Shown here: piece by piece, positions 41,608 through 42,963 of the stretch
How the letters are laid out: every line of letters begins with the position of its first letter
Numbering within the stretch: the first letter of the stretch is position 1
NCBI GenBank assembly: GCA_044345405.1
Contig: JBIJBE010000031.1
Location: 1 to 42,963, forward strand
Origin: Bdellovibrionota bacterium
GTDB lineage: Bacteria > Bdellovibrionota_C > UBA2361 > OMII01
Reading direction: 5' to 3'
Length of the DNA stretch: 42,963 bases
Notes under the pieces: model-generated
Database searches by the model: none
What the model saw: the letters and a program-made list of their open reading frames with translations, nothing else
Told to the model about the DNA's origin: nothing
Program-made: the position numbers and the translations under genes

Positions 41608-42138
41608 ATGCCGGTTATTCCCTTCAAAGAGAAAACCCCGGTGGTCAGCGCCTCAGCTTTTGTTGCGCCTGATGCCTGGATAATCGGCGATACAACCGTA
41701 GGCGAAAACGTCTCGATATTTTTCAATGCCGTGCTTCGAGGGGACATCCAACCCATTCGAGTAGGTCGCGGCACTAATCTCCAAGAACACACCCTTGTCC
41801 ACACCAGTCACGGCATGTCCCCTGCCCTTATCGGTGAAGATGTAACCGTCGGACACCGAGCTATCATCCACGGATGCTCGATCGGCGATCGGTGTCTTAT
41901 AGGCATGGGAGCGACCGTTCTCGACAACGCGGAGATCGGAGAGGAGTGCATCATCGGCGCGCACACCCTTGTGCCAAAAGGGATGAAGATATCGCCTCGA
42001 AGTTTGGTTATTGGCACGCCGGGTAAGGTGGTGCGAACTCTTACTGAGGATGAGATTAAGAGCCTCACCGAATCCGCGCGTGGATATCAAACTCTCGGCG
42101 CGACGTATGGCTCTATCTTCCCTCGGCTTGGGACTTAG
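41608..42138 (+). CDS. Gamma-carbonic anhydrase family protein (YrdA/PaaY-like)
   Basis: Hexapeptide repeats, LRGD, N.QE..VH, VTVGHRAIIHG, IGMGA; ATG 41608 preferred over TTG 41533. Confidence 0.92.
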   Translation: MPVIPFKEKTPVVSASAFVAPDAWIIGDTTVGENVSIFFNAVLRGDIQPIRVGRGTNLQEHTLVHTSHGMSPALIGEDVTVGHRAIIHGCSIGDRCLIGMGATVLDNAEIGEECIIGAHTLVPKGMKISPRSLVIGTPGKVVRTLTEDEIKSLTESARGYQTLGATYGSIFPRLGT

Positions 42139-42280
42139 GAATTACGACAACCTCAGCACCATCCTGGTATCTAGTGAGGAGCACCATCTGAGTACGCTCT
42201 GAAACCACTCCTGAATACCCCACATCTGTCCTGCCCGCATCTAACACACCCCCTCCCCTATCCCTCCCGAATCAGCCTGT

Positions 42281-42963
42281 ATGCTCAGGCGCTACACGTG
42301 GGAGACGGCAAAGGAGAAGCTCCAGCACTACAGGAGACGAACACCGGAAGCATCGGTGCTCTACCAGATCGTCTACCACTCCAGGGACGACCTCCAGTTC
42401 CAGTGGGAATCCAGGTTCCAGCACCAGTATGGGTGTTTACGGGACGAGGTGTTGAAGACCTTCGATGAATATCTCAACTGCGGGATCCTCGCTCACGGGG
42501 CTGCTAGAGTATACTGTGATGGGTGTAAATACTCCCTCCTTATCGCCTTCTCCTGCAAGCGCCGTGGGGTGTGCCCATCCTGCGGAGCTAAGCGGGCAGT
42601 GAAGTTCGCCGAGCATATCTACAACGAAGTGATCGAGGACGTACCCCATCGCCACACCGTCTTCACCATCCCCAAACGCTTGCGAGTCTTCTTTAAGTAC
42701 GACCGAAAACTCAATACAATCCTCTTCCGTGCCGCGTGGGGAGCACTGTCTCAGGCACTCGGCATTGACGAGCGTGAACTCGCCGCTATCTTCACCGTAC
42801 AAACAGCCGGCGAGGCACTCAACTATCATCCGCACCTTCACGGACTTCTTGCTGACGGATATTGGAAAGATGGTGTTTTCTGCGGATTCGGGGAGGTAGA
42901 ACTTAAAGCACTTGAGGAAGCCTTCGCTGAGCGGGTGCTCGCGCAGCTCCATAGGCGAGAGCT
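42281..42963 (+). mobile_element. IS91/ISCR-family rolling-circle (HUH) transposase, cut by the window end
   Basis: My translation from ATG 42281: YLNCG..HG.ARVYCDGC..FSCKRRGVCPSCG (Zn-binding region), HTVFTIPKRLR, QTAGEALNYHPHLHGL (HUH); open to the window end and absent from the ORF track. Confidence 0.93.

Noticed and set aside
42437-42952. 171-aa minus-strand ORF
   Set aside because: Antisense to the IS91-family transposase, which has clear motifs on the plus strand.
42281-42963. The IS91-family transposase as mobiliser of the CYTG hairpin
   Set aside because: CTTG is carried at the insert's 5' end and is absent from empty sites, whereas IS91 needs it in the target; only proximity supports a link.

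Overview
Bacterial chromosomal segment, probably a metagenome contig end (bases 1-70 are a C-rich low-complexity run). Gene order and the Rho/RpoZ sequences look deltaproteobacteria/Bdellovibrionota-like (inference). The left half is housekeeping, almost all on the minus strand: rpoZ-relA/spoT-degP-mutL-miaA, pyrR-pyrB-pyrC-carA-carB, several membrane proteins including a GT-C-like glycosyltransferase, and a sigma-54 response regulator. The right half holds four tandem paralogous ~1490-1514 aa secreted proteins (called A-D here). Each has exactly 14 blade-like 47-aa repeats, and the copies are a mosaic of one another. After them come a 5'-truncated rho, a gamma-carbonic-anhydrase-like gene and an IS91/ISCR-family transposase that runs off the window and is missing from the ORF track. 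The most unusual signal is non-coding. A family of GGAG-tagged 24-nt REP palindromes, mostly paired as REPIN-like units, carries nine copies of a second 29-30 nt CYTG-tagged hairpin inserted into the REPs. Empty and filled alleles are both visible in this window, and the clearest site shows no target duplication.
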